Positions 46,148 through 55,073 of a DNA stretch of 64,000 bases are shown one piece after another. Numbering within the stretch: position 1 is the first letter of the stretch; every line of letters starts with the position of its first letter. Both the position numbers and the translations under genes were made by a program. The DNA is from Alphaproteobacteria bacterium (lineage in GTDB: Bacteria; Pseudomonadota; Alphaproteobacteria; JANQMY01), in contig OZ245840.1 in the NCBI GenBank assembly GCA_965228775.1, positions 2,760,434 to 2,824,433 on the forward strand, in the 5' to 3' direction. The notes under the pieces were generated by a model that had not been told where the DNA came from, did not search any database, and saw only the letters and a list, made by a program, of their open reading frames with translations.

Positions 46148-49033
46148 TCATCCGTAGGCTTTTAGTTTTTCGAATTCACTTTTGCGGCCCGCCAATTCTT
46201 CCGGCATGCCTTGTTCAATCAATTGCCCGCCTTCCATCACCAGCACACGATCGAAACCGATGGACATGGCCGGCCGGGCCACCACCCACAAAACGCCCTT
46301 TCCATCACGGGCCTTCAGCACTTGTTGCAGGATCTTTCCTTGGCTGCCTTGATCCAGCGCAGCCAGGGCCAAATTCACCACCAGATAGTCCGGGTTTTTG
46401 ATAAGCGCGCGCCCTAGACCCAGCTTCTGCCGTTGCGCGCCCGTCAGCCGGCGCCCTGCGCTGCCCACCTGGAATTCGAGGCCAACCCGGAAAATTTCGA
46501 GTTCCAAGCCTAATTCCCGCAGCACATTGCGAGCGAACAGGCGCACTTGTTCCTGAGCACGCGGCTGGCCATAAGCGACCCGGCCCATCAGCACATTGTC
46601 CTGAATTGTGGCCGCGCGGTTGTAGGTCTCCGGGTCGAAGAAGGCCACCGCCTCGCGCAGCTCTTCCGGCAGGTTCTGGCGGAACAGCCCCCGCGCGGAC
46701 AAAAGCTTCTTTTCCATTTCTTCGTCGACCAGATCGAGACGATGACGGGCTTCGATATAGTTGAACGGCAGGGTCAAGAAGCGCTCGTGATCTTCCATGG
46801 TCAGCGCGTTCAAATTCACCTTGCCGCCGTTTTGCACTGTGCGCATCAAGAGTTCTTGGTACAGCGGCAGGTCTTCCGCTGCGATAAAACTGAACTGATC
46901 GAAGAACGGATGATCCGGCGGAATATCCCGGAACAGTTCCACCATGGTTTCCGCAAGCTCGTATCCCATATCGATCAGGGTTTGCTCCAACCCCGCATTG
47001 CGGATGGTGATGAGCATATAGGCGTTTGATGCAAGCGCTCCCGTATCCAAGCGATCATCCAGTGGCGTGCCGAACAGAAGGTTCTGGGCCACGGTCGCAT
47101 TGCGGTTGTAAAGCTGGGGATCGAATGGCTCGATCAGCTGGGCGATCTGCTGGCTTGCCATCTGCGTCCGCAGTTTGCGGCGGGCCTGCAGGATCAGATC
47201 GGCCAGAGGGGCATTCTCTTCCACATTGATGATCCCGCGCAAACCAAAGGCGAAAACATCATCGGCAAGGTCAACGGCTTGGAACGTATCGAGGATTTTT
47301 TGATCCACCTCATCGGCCTGGCTGACGCCGAGGGCTTCGTAATCCACCCATTCCGCATCAAAATCGAAGGGCGCATTGCCGGAACGCTGGATTTCCATCT
47401 CTTCGAACTGGCGCCGGCGGCGGTCACTCTCATCGATTGGCGGTTGCGACACAGGCTGATGCTTGAGTCCATACAGAACATTCTCGCGCAGCGTCCCAGG
47501 GAACACGAAGGAATCCTGATCCGCATAGCCGATGCGCCGCCCGGTCACCGCCTCGGGCAGGCGCGCGAGATCGTCCTCGCCAATGGTGACGCGGCCCGTG
47601 GACGGTTCCAGCAGCCGGGCAAGCGTCATGCCCACAAATTCTTTGCCTGACCCTGAATCGCCAACAACCGCAACGCTTTCGTTCAACGCGGCCGTGAAGG
47701 AAACATGGTCCAGCAGCCGCGCACCTGAATCATCGATGACCGACACATTCGCAAAGACCAAATCGCCCGCGAGAGGTGCCGGTTTTCCGTCAACAGGCGC
47801 CTGCAGATCCGCATCCAAGATGTTGTCCGGGTTAAACTGCTGAATGACTTGTTCGTACTTGATCTGCACATCGAGACGCTGTTGATCCCAATTAATCAGC
47901 TCACGGACAGGTGCGGGCAGCTGATTATAGGCAAGCAACGCGGCCACGACAGAGCCCACATCCATCGACCCCTGGATCGCGAAGTAGCCGCCAATAATGT
48001 AAAACAGGAAGGGCGTGAACTGACCCAGGAAGTTGTTCAGAAACTTCACGAAAAACTTCCGGCGGTAAATTTCGTAGCGGATGCGATAGATGATGCCGAG
48101 CCGATGGGTAATGTCTGACCGCTCGAAATTAGAGGTATCGTGGACGTGAATGGCCGCCGCACCATCGACGATTTCGCCGATCTTGCCTGCCAGATTGCGC
48201 GCCGCCAATTGGCGCTGTTTGCCAAGCTGCAAAATGGGCACCCGCATGCGCGGGATCAAAAACGACTGAATCAGAATGACGGCGATGGCCACCATGCCAA
48301 GCCAGACGCTCTGCACCACGATGAACAAAAGGGCCGTCAGCGCCTGGCCCCCCAGGAAGGCTGGCTGCACATAGGCATCACCGATAAAACCGCCCAAGGG
48401 CTCCACCTCTGACGTAACCATGCTGGCCACTTCGGACTGTTTCACGCGGCGAAATTGGGTGGGGTGAAAACGTAAAACCCGGTCCACCAATTCGTAGCGA
48501 AGGCGTCGCAACAAACGTTCGCCCATGCGCCCCTTCATGGTGTTCACTTGAAATTTGAACAGCCCATTGATGCACACAAGCCCCAGAAAAATGAAGCTCA
48601 TGGCGAACAGGTAATCCACCTGCTGAAGGCTAAAGCCGTCAAACAGGACAAGCGAACCGGCACCGTCCGACCAGGCTTCAGGAAATGGAAGGGAAATCTT
48701 CAGAGCAGGCGCCGTATCTTCGGCATGCTGAAAGCTTTTGCCTTCGATTGCCTCATTCACGATCGTCTTCGGAAGAGACAGCGACATGAAATAAAACGGC
48801 AGCGACATCAAGACGATCATCAAGACCGTCAGCTGCTCGCGCCGGCTATGCCGCCAGATATATGGAAAAATGCTTTGATCCATATGGGATCGAATGTCCT
48901 TCTGTTCCTCTTCCAAGGTAGGCCGCGCTCCGCCGTGCTGCAACGGCAAAGCCCCCATATGTGATCGGCCTTGGATGCGCATTTGCCCGCTTTTTGGTAG
49001 GGGATCACAATTTTGTGGATGAATTGCTGACAT
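46148..49033 (-). CDS. ABC-exporter-like protein (N-terminal six-TM domain plus nucleotide-binding domain) with degenerate Walker A (GDSGSGKE) and Walker B (LVVNLALAALD), and a roughly 300-aa insertion between Walker A and the signature motif
   Basis: TMD pattern at residues about 60-350. Walker A lysine is present but followed by E instead of S/T. Signature-like LTGAQRQKL. Walker B lacks the catalytic Glu. Confidence 0.65.
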   Translation of the reverse strand: MSAIHPQNCDPLPKSGQMRIQGRSHMGALPLQHGGARPTLEEEQKDIRSHMDQSIFPYIWRHSRREQLTVLMIVLMSLPFYFMSLSLPKTIVNEAIEGKSFQHAEDTAPALKISLPFPEAWSDGAGSLVLFDGFSLQQVDYLFAMSFIFLGLVCINGLFKFQVNTMKGRMGERLLRRLRYELVDRVLRFHPTQFRRVKQSEVASMVTSEVEPLGGFIGDAYVQPAFLGGQALTALLFIVVQSVWLGMVAIAVILIQSFLIPRMRVPILQLGKQRQLAARNLAGKIGEIVDGAAAIHVHDTSNFERSDITHRLGIIYRIRYEIYRRKFFVKFLNNFLGQFTPFLFYIIGGYFAIQGSMDVGSVVAALLAYNQLPAPVRELINWDQQRLDVQIKYEQVIQQFNPDNILDADLQAPVDGKPAPLAGDLVFANVSVIDDSGARLLDHVSFTAALNESVAVVGDSGSGKEFVGMTLARLLEPSTGRVTIGEDDLARLPEAVTGRRIGYADQDSFVFPGTLRENVLYGLKHQPVSQPPIDESDRRRRQFEEMEIQRSGNAPFDFDAEWVDYEALGVSQADEVDQKILDTFQAVDLADDVFAFGLRGIINVEENAPLADLILQARRKLRTQMASQQIAQLIEPFDPQLYNRNATVAQNLLFGTPLDDRLDTGALASNAYMLITIRNAGLEQTLIDMGYELAETMVELFRDIPPDHPFFDQFSFIAAEDLPLYQELLMRTVQNGGKVNLNALTMEDHERFLTLPFNYIEARHRLDLVDEEMEKKLLSARGLFRQNLPEELREAVAFFDPETYNRAATIQDNVLMGRVAYGQPRAQEQVRLFARNVLRELGLELEIFRVGLEFQVGSAGRRLTGAQRQKLGLGRALIKNPDYLVVNLALAALDQGSQGKILQQVLKARDGKGVLWVVARPAMSIGFDRVLVMEGGQLIEQGMPEELAGRKSEFEKLKAYG

Positions 49034-49079
49034 GCGCCAAAAAATGGTTATCTGACAGGCATGTGCAGGGGAGTGAGAC

Positions 49080-50300
49080 GTGCCGAAAATGCGGCGATTA
49101 CTGATTTATAGCCACGATTCCTTTGGCCTGGGCCATTTGCGCCGCTGCCGGACCATCGCCCATGACCTGGTGGACCGCTGGGACGATCTATCCGTTCTGA
49201 TCATATCCGGATCACCCGTTGTCGGACGGTTTTCCTTCCGAAAACATGTGGATTTCTTGCGTGTCCCCGGCGTCACCAAAACGCCCGACGGCTCCTACGC
49301 TCCGTTTGACCCCGGCGGCGATATGGACAAGATCATCGGCTTGCGGACAGCCCTGATCCGCCAAGCGGTTCAAGAATTCCGGCCTCATCTTTTCCTGGTG
49401 GACAAGGAGCCCTTGGGCCTGAGGGGCGAAGTGGCACCAGCGCTTGAATGGGCCCGAACGTCCGGCACGCGCCTGGTGCTTGGTCTGCGGGATGTCTTGG
49501 ATGCACCGGACCGGCTGCAACAAGAATGGGCCCGCAAGAACGCGTTCGAGGCGCTGGACACGCTCTATCACGATGTTTGGATCTTCGGCGATCAGAAGTT
49601 CTATGACCCTCTAGAGGGCCTCCTCTTACCCGCCAGTGTTCGCGCCAAAGCCTCGTTTACCGGCTATCTGCGCCGGCCAGCCGGAAACAGACACGTTGCC
49701 ACGCCGGAACGCCCTTTCGATGAACCTTTCTTGTTGGTGATGGCCGGAGGCGGGGGAGACGGCAGCCCGCTGATCGAGTGGGTTCTGGACACATATGAAA
49801 ATCAGCCAACCGGGTTGCCCCCGTCATTGATCGTGACCGGTCCGTTCATGCCCATGGCGGATCAGCGCCGGTCCATCGAGCGTGTGCAAAATGATCCCCG
49901 TCTCAAGATCAAGACTTTCGATGCCCGCATTGAATTCCTGCAAGAAAGTGCCGCAGGCTTCGTCACCATGGGGGGCTACAATACATTCTCCGAAATGCTG
50001 TCGCGCGACAAACCCTGCTTGATGGTTCCTCGGACGGAGCCGCGCCGGGAGCAGCTCATCCGCGCCCAAAGAAGCGAAGAATTAGGGCTCCTTAAGACCC
50101 TCGTTCATTGGCAAGATGACGAGACTGTTCGATCCGATCCGCAAGATTTGGCGCGGGAACTCGCACAGTTGCCACATGCTGACGCGCCATCCACCGCCAT
50201 GTGGCCAGGCATGTTGGAGGGACTTGACGGCATTGCCGATCTGGCCGCTCCTTGGATCGGTCCCGGCAGCCATCGGGCCCAGGCGGTTTCCGTAGGTTAA
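49080..50300 (+). CDS. Glycosyltransferase (GT28/MurG-like, COG4671-type predicted glycosyltransferase)
   Basis: N-terminal LLIYSHDSFGLGHLRRCRTIA motif and a C-terminal GT-B nucleotide-binding region. Paralog of 53335-54486. Confidence 0.65.
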   Translation: MPKMRRLLIYSHDSFGLGHLRRCRTIAHDLVDRWDDLSVLIISGSPVVGRFSFRKHVDFLRVPGVTKTPDGSYAPFDPGGDMDKIIGLRTALIRQAVQEFRPHLFLVDKEPLGLRGEVAPALEWARTSGTRLVLGLRDVLDAPDRLQQEWARKNAFEALDTLYHDVWIFGDQKFYDPLEGLLLPASVRAKASFTGYLRRPAGNRHVATPERPFDEPFLLVMAGGGGDGSPLIEWVLDTYENQPTGLPPSLIVTGPFMPMADQRRSIERVQNDPRLKIKTFDARIEFLQESAAGFVTMGGYNTFSEMLSRDKPCLMVPRTEPRREQLIRAQRSEELGLLKTLVHWQDDETVRSDPQDLARELAQLPHADAPSTAMWPGMLEGLDGIADLAAPWIGPGSHRAQAVSVG

Positions 50301-50357
50301 TCTTGGTGTTTGCGCCATAATCCGGTCGATGGATCGCCAAAAAAATCGGTGTTTCTG

Positions 50358-51623
50358 ATGGGTACGGACAAAAAGCAAATCGCCATGGTCGTGAAAGGCT
50401 GGCCGCGCCTGTCGGAGTCCTTCATTGCCCAAGAAGTGCTTGCCCTGGAACAGCGCGGATTTGAGATTCTGCTCTATTCTCTTCGTCATCCGACAGACAA
50501 AACGGTGAGTGCCTTTCACCAAGACATCAAAGCGGTGCCCACCTATCTGCCCGAATATCTGTACCAAGAACCGGCACGCGTCTGGCAGGCCTGGCTTAAA
50601 GCGCAGCGCCTCCCAGGCTATCGTGAGGCCGCTAGGCAATTCCGGCGTGACCTTGCCCGCGATACCACGCCCAACCGTGTGCGCCGCTTCGGCCAAGCTC
50701 TGGTTTTGGCAAGTTCATTGCCGCCGGAAATTCGTCAGATCCATGCACATTTCCTGCACACCCCGTGCTCCGTTGCGCGCTATGCGGCCATAATGCGCGG
50801 CCTGCCCTACAGTTTTTCCGCCCACGCCAAGGACATTTGGACGACGCCTTCTTGGGAAAAGTCAGAGAAGATTGATGGCGCCGCCTTCGGTGTGACCTGT
50901 ACACGGAAGGGCCTAGAGGATCTTCATGCCCATGCGGCGCCCGGCAAGCCAGACAGTTTGCATTTGATGTATCACGGAATCGACCGCAATAGATTTCCGG
51001 TGTCCGGAGAAACAACCACACGTTCGTCCGGCACAACGAAAATATTGTCCGTAGGCCGATTAGTTCCCAAGAAAGGCTTCGATATTCTCCTGCGAGCCTT
51101 TGCGGATCTGCCGGATGATTTAGATTGGCATTGGACGCACTACGGCGCCGGACCGGAAGCGTCGGCCTTAAAAAGAATGGCGGGCGAATTGGGGGTGGAC
51201 GCCCGGCTGACCTGGCACGGAGCCGTCGCGCAAGAAGAACTGATCACGGCCTACCGCACGCATGATCTGTTCGTCTTGCCCTCTCGGCAAGCGGCCGATC
51301 AAGACCAAGACGGTCTGCCAAACGTGCTGATGGAGGCGCAATCCCAGGGCATGGCCTGCATTGCCTCAGATTTATCGGGCATCCCGGAACTGATCGTGCC
51401 GGGCGAGACGGGCATGCTGGTCCCACCCAATGACGTTTCCGCGCTTAGCCGCGCGATCCAGGAACTAGCGGCGAACGAGATCCTTCGACAAAGGCTGGGG
51501 GAGGCCGCAAGGCAGCGCATTGAGGCAGAGTTTTTGTTGCAGAACCACATTGGCACGCTGGCGCAGCTTTTTGACGACGCGCTGCATCATCGCGTTGACA
51601 TTCAGGACGTCGCTGCGGAATGA
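50358..51623 (+). CDS. Glycosyltransferase family 4 (GT-B, retaining)
   Basis: EX7E-containing C-terminal domain (PSRQAADQDQDGLPNVLMEAQSQGMACIASDLSGIPELIVPGETG). Confidence 0.7.
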   Translation: MGTDKKQIAMVVKGWPRLSESFIAQEVLALEQRGFEILLYSLRHPTDKTVSAFHQDIKAVPTYLPEYLYQEPARVWQAWLKAQRLPGYREAARQFRRDLARDTTPNRVRRFGQALVLASSLPPEIRQIHAHFLHTPCSVARYAAIMRGLPYSFSAHAKDIWTTPSWEKSEKIDGAAFGVTCTRKGLEDLHAHAAPGKPDSLHLMYHGIDRNRFPVSGETTTRSSGTTKILSVGRLVPKKGFDILLRAFADLPDDLDWHWTHYGAGPEASALKRMAGELGVDARLTWHGAVAQEELITAYRTHDLFVLPSRQAADQDQDGLPNVLMEAQSQGMACIASDLSGIPELIVPGETGMLVPPNDVSALSRAIQELAANEILRQRLGEAARQRIEAEFLLQNHIGTLAQLFDDALHHRVDIQDVAAE

Positions 51624-52729
51624 AAACGGTTTTCTATGCCCCCATGAAATCGCTCGCGGATGAAAAGCCGTCCGGCGACCGAACCATGGCAAGCCTTCTG
51701 GTAAACGCTATGGGGCGTAGGAGCACCAATGTCTTTATCTTGGACGGGCTAACGTCCTACACGCCGGAGCCATCCGGCTACCCAGCAGAGAAGAAAAGGC
51801 TCCAAGAACTCTGGGCAAAAATCGCCGATGACACCATCGGCGCGATGGAACCCGATCTCTGGGTGACTTATCATTCCTACTATAAATCGCCCGACCTAAT
51901 CGGCCCAATGGCCGCGGCGCAGTTTAATCTGCCCTATGCGATTTTCGAGCCGTCCTACGCGCCCAACAGATTGGACACGGATTGGGCGGAAGCCTTGGCA
52001 GATGCGAAGCGATCGTTTGACAGCGCCGATCTGCTTTTTGTCATGAAGCAGAAAGACTGGGACCCGTTGAAACAGATGTTGGGATCAGACGAAAAGCTTG
52101 TCCGCTTCCCTCCCTTTATCGACGCAGCGCCTTTTGCCGGTGCTTCTGGGAATAATGTAAGAACGGAAACGGGAATATCGGCGGACACACCCATTATTCT
52201 GTGTACGGCCATGATGCGCGCGGGCGCAAAGCAGGAAAGCTATTCTTTTCTGGCACAGGCGCTTAGCCATATCAGCGATCTAAAGTGGCATCTTCTCATT
52301 GCCGGAAGTGGTCCGGCCCGAACCGAGGTTAAACGGGCATTCGGGGGGAACGAATCTCGGGTGTCATTCTTGGGCCAGGCCGACCAAGCAGATCTGCCGA
52401 CCCTCTATGCGGCAGCAGATCTGTTCGCTTGGCCCGGCATCCGCGAAGCTTACGGCATGGTTTATCTGGAGGCCGCAGCAGCGGGCGTGCCCTCGATTGC
52501 AATGGATGGACCAGGCGTGCGGGAAGTCATCGAGAATGGCAAAACCGGTGTTTTAACGGCACCTAAGTCAGCCGAGGCCTATGGCGACGCGCTGCGCAGG
52601 CTTCTCACATCACCGGATGAACGAAGGCAAATGGGGTTTGCTGCCCAGAGTTGGGCGGCCACGGAAAGGTCGGTCACCGCCAGCTTACCCCGCCTGGACC
52701 CCTTGTTTGATCTTGTGGAGCGACGTTGA
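51620..52729 (+). CDS. Glycosyltransferase family 4 (GT-B)
   Basis: C-terminal GT1/GT4 motif (WPGIREAYGMVYLEAAAAGVPSIAMDGPGVREVIENGKTG). Confidence 0.7.
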   Translation: MKTVFYAPMKSLADEKPSGDRTMASLLVNAMGRRSTNVFILDGLTSYTPEPSGYPAEKKRLQELWAKIADDTIGAMEPDLWVTYHSYYKSPDLIGPMAAAQFNLPYAIFEPSYAPNRLDTDWAEALADAKRSFDSADLLFVMKQKDWDPLKQMLGSDEKLVRFPPFIDAAPFAGASGNNVRTETGISADTPIILCTAMMRAGAKQESYSFLAQALSHISDLKWHLLIAGSGPARTEVKRAFGGNESRVSFLGQADQADLPTLYAAADLFAWPGIREAYGMVYLEAAAAGVPSIAMDGPGVREVIENGKTGVLTAPKSAEAYGDALRRLLTSPDERRQMGFAAQSWAATERSVTASLPRLDPLFDLVERR

Positions 52730-53334
52730 CGATGCCGCTCCTTGGATTGATCAGGCATGGGGAAACCGGCTGGAACCGCCAAGGCAAGATGCAAGGCCAT
52801 GCCGATATACCGTTGACGCCAGAGGCGCGCCAAGCGCTCTCCTCGATGGGCCCGCCGGAAGAATTGTGTGGCGCAGAATGGTATTCTAGTCCGCTCGGCC
52901 GGGCCAAAGAAACGGCCGTTGCCTTCGGCATCGCGGCACCTCAGATCGATGAACGCCTGATCGAAACGGACTGGGGCGATTGGCAAGGCAAGACGATCAA
53001 TGGCTTGCGCGAAGAATACGGCGCATCCTTCCTGGCAAATGAAGCCAAAGGGCGTCATTTCCGCCCGCCAAACGGCGAAAGCCCAGCCGACGTGATCACG
53101 CGAGTAGAGCCGTTTTTGTTGAAGATCGGAAAACAGGAACAGCCTTGCGCGGCAGTCACCCATAAAGGTGTGATCCGCGCGGTCCTAGCACTCGCCTATG
53201 ATTGGGACATGACCACCAAGGCACCGGTAAAGCTTTCTTGGCTAGCAGCGCACTTGTTTCACGTTTCACCATCAGGCGCAGTGTCCCCCTTTCGCATGAA
53301 TGTACCGCTTGTGGCCAAGGCAGGGGCCCAGTGA
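52726..53334 (+). CDS. Histidine phosphatase family protein (phosphoglycerate-mutase-like)
   Basis: LIRHGETGWN catalytic RHG motif. 202 aa. Confidence 0.7.
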   Translation: MTMPLLGLIRHGETGWNRQGKMQGHADIPLTPEARQALSSMGPPEELCGAEWYSSPLGRAKETAVAFGIAAPQIDERLIETDWGDWQGKTINGLREEYGASFLANEAKGRHFRPPNGESPADVITRVEPFLLKIGKQEQPCAAVTHKGVIRAVLALAYDWDMTTKAPVKLSWLAAHLFHVSPSGAVSPFRMNVPLVAKAGAQ

Positions 53335-54486
53335 ATGCGGCCGCGCGTCCTTATTTATGTTCAGCATCTTTTGGGCGTCGGTCATCTAATGCGCACGGCG
53401 GCAATCGCCAAAGCAACCGCTGCGAAGGACATGGATGTCCTGATTGTTTCCGGCGGCATGCCGCATCCGGACATTGATCTCGGGCACGCTCGACTGTTTC
53501 AGCTCCCGCCGTTGCGGACCGAAGGCACGACCTACACCACTCTGGTGGATGAGCAAGACCGCCCCATCGACGATAAGTTCAAATCCAAGCGTACCGAGCA
53601 ACTCCTGGACTGCCTGCGGACTTTTCACCCGCACCTCGTCATCACCGAGCACTTTCCCTTCGGGCGCGGCAAACTTCGGTTTGAGCTGCGTCCGCTCCTC
53701 GATACTGTTCAGACCTTGGACCCAAAACCGCTTCTCTTCGCGTCGGTTCGAGACATCATCGAGCCCCCGGAGAGTGACACCAAGCGCCAGCGGTTTTTGG
53801 AGACCGCGAACGCGTTTTACGACGCGATCCTCGTCCATGGGGATCCGGACTTTGCCTCGTTCGGCCTTTCGTTCCCGGATATGACCCGCCTTCGTCCCAT
53901 TATGCATTACACGGGCTATGTGGGCGCTGGCGCCGACACCCAACACAGGCGCGAAAACAAGATCCTGATCTCCGTCGGTAACGGCCGCACTGGCGGCCCG
54001 CTCATTAGAACGCTGTTCGACGCCCATAAACGTGACGATTTGGGCATGCAGTGGGAGGTACGGATGGGCAGAGGGTTTCCAGCTGATCTTGCCCGTCAAT
54101 TGCGGTCGCAAGCAGCGCCTGGCTTCGCCTTAAAGGCTGCAGCCCCACAATTTGCCGACAGCCTTGCCGCCGCTGCCTTGTCCGTCAGTCAGGCGGGATA
54201 CAACACGGTTGTGGATCTGGCGATCTCCCGCACCCCTGCCGTTCTAGTACCCTATGGCGGCCATGGCGAGCAGGAACAGCCTTTGAGGGCAGCACAATTC
54301 TCGGCCTGCGGGCACGGGATTGTTATGGAAGAAAAAAGCCTTTCGCCCGATACGCTTTTGCCTGCTATGACGGAAGCATTGGAACGCCCCGTCCCCTCAA
54401 AGCCACCTTTCCGGCTGGGGGGCGCCACACAAACGGCAAATCTGATAGAAGAGGCGATCCAGAACACGGGCTCCCTGATCGTATAG
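53335..54486 (+). CDS. Glycosyltransferase (COG4671-type), paralog of 49080-50300
   Basis: VLIYVQHLLGVGHLMRTAAIA N-terminal motif and the same architecture. Confidence 0.65.
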   Translation: MRPRVLIYVQHLLGVGHLMRTAAIAKATAAKDMDVLIVSGGMPHPDIDLGHARLFQLPPLRTEGTTYTTLVDEQDRPIDDKFKSKRTEQLLDCLRTFHPHLVITEHFPFGRGKLRFELRPLLDTVQTLDPKPLLFASVRDIIEPPESDTKRQRFLETANAFYDAILVHGDPDFASFGLSFPDMTRLRPIMHYTGYVGAGADTQHRRENKILISVGNGRTGGPLIRTLFDAHKRDDLGMQWEVRMGRGFPADLARQLRSQAAPGFALKAAAPQFADSLAAAALSVSQAGYNTVVDLAISRTPAVLVPYGGHGEQEQPLRAAQFSACGHGIVMEEKSLSPDTLLPAMTEALERPVPSKPPFRLGGATQTANLIEEAIQNTGSLIV

Positions 54487-54503
54487 GCCGGTACTCAGCA
54501 AGA

Positions 54504-55073
54504 ATGACCACCTCAGACACGGCGAAACTGACCTACCCCAAACGCTTTCATAGCCGTGAATTGGCCTGCGGATTGTTCGTTGTAAGTATCGCCACCGTGC
54601 TCTGCTGGCTGCTGCCCGTGGGCAGCGTCATGTGGATTTGCGCGGCCGCAGTCACTGTGGCCTGTTTGTGTTACGGAGCCGGTATTGCCTTGCGCGCATC
54701 CAGCGCATGGCAACTCACCGATGACGCGCTCATTCAACAAGCCGACAGCACCCCAGCTTCATGGTTTTCTGCCTTCTGGACACGGCGCATTTGCTGGACA
54801 GAGTTGACCGAATTGCGCTTGCGCTATTTTTCGACCCGGCGCGATCACAGCAATGGCTGGTTCGAGCTAAAGCTAAGCGACGGCCAGCGCTCGATCACTG
54901 TTGAAGACAGCTTAGAAGGCTTCGAGACAATCCTGGCCGCCGCCCAGCGCGCAGCGGATCGAAATCAGCTCACACTCAATGACGCCACCAAAGCCAACCT
55001 GTCCCGCATCGGAGAGGTTTACCAGGCGGCGTCGCGTGGCGGGCTGCGGGCGATGAGGCATGTGCCCGAATGA
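54504..55073 (+). CDS. Hypothetical membrane protein (2 TM plus cytoplasmic domain)
   Basis: Hydrophobic helices LFVVSIATVLCWLLPVGSVMWICAAAVTVACLCYGAGIAL. Confidence 0.45.
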   Translation: MTTSDTAKLTYPKRFHSRELACGLFVVSIATVLCWLLPVGSVMWICAAAVTVACLCYGAGIALRASSAWQLTDDALIQQADSTPASWFSAFWTRRICWTELTELRLRYFSTRRDHSNGWFELKLSDGQRSITVEDSLEGFETILAAAQRAADRNQLTLNDATKANLSRIGEVYQAASRGGLRAMRHVPE

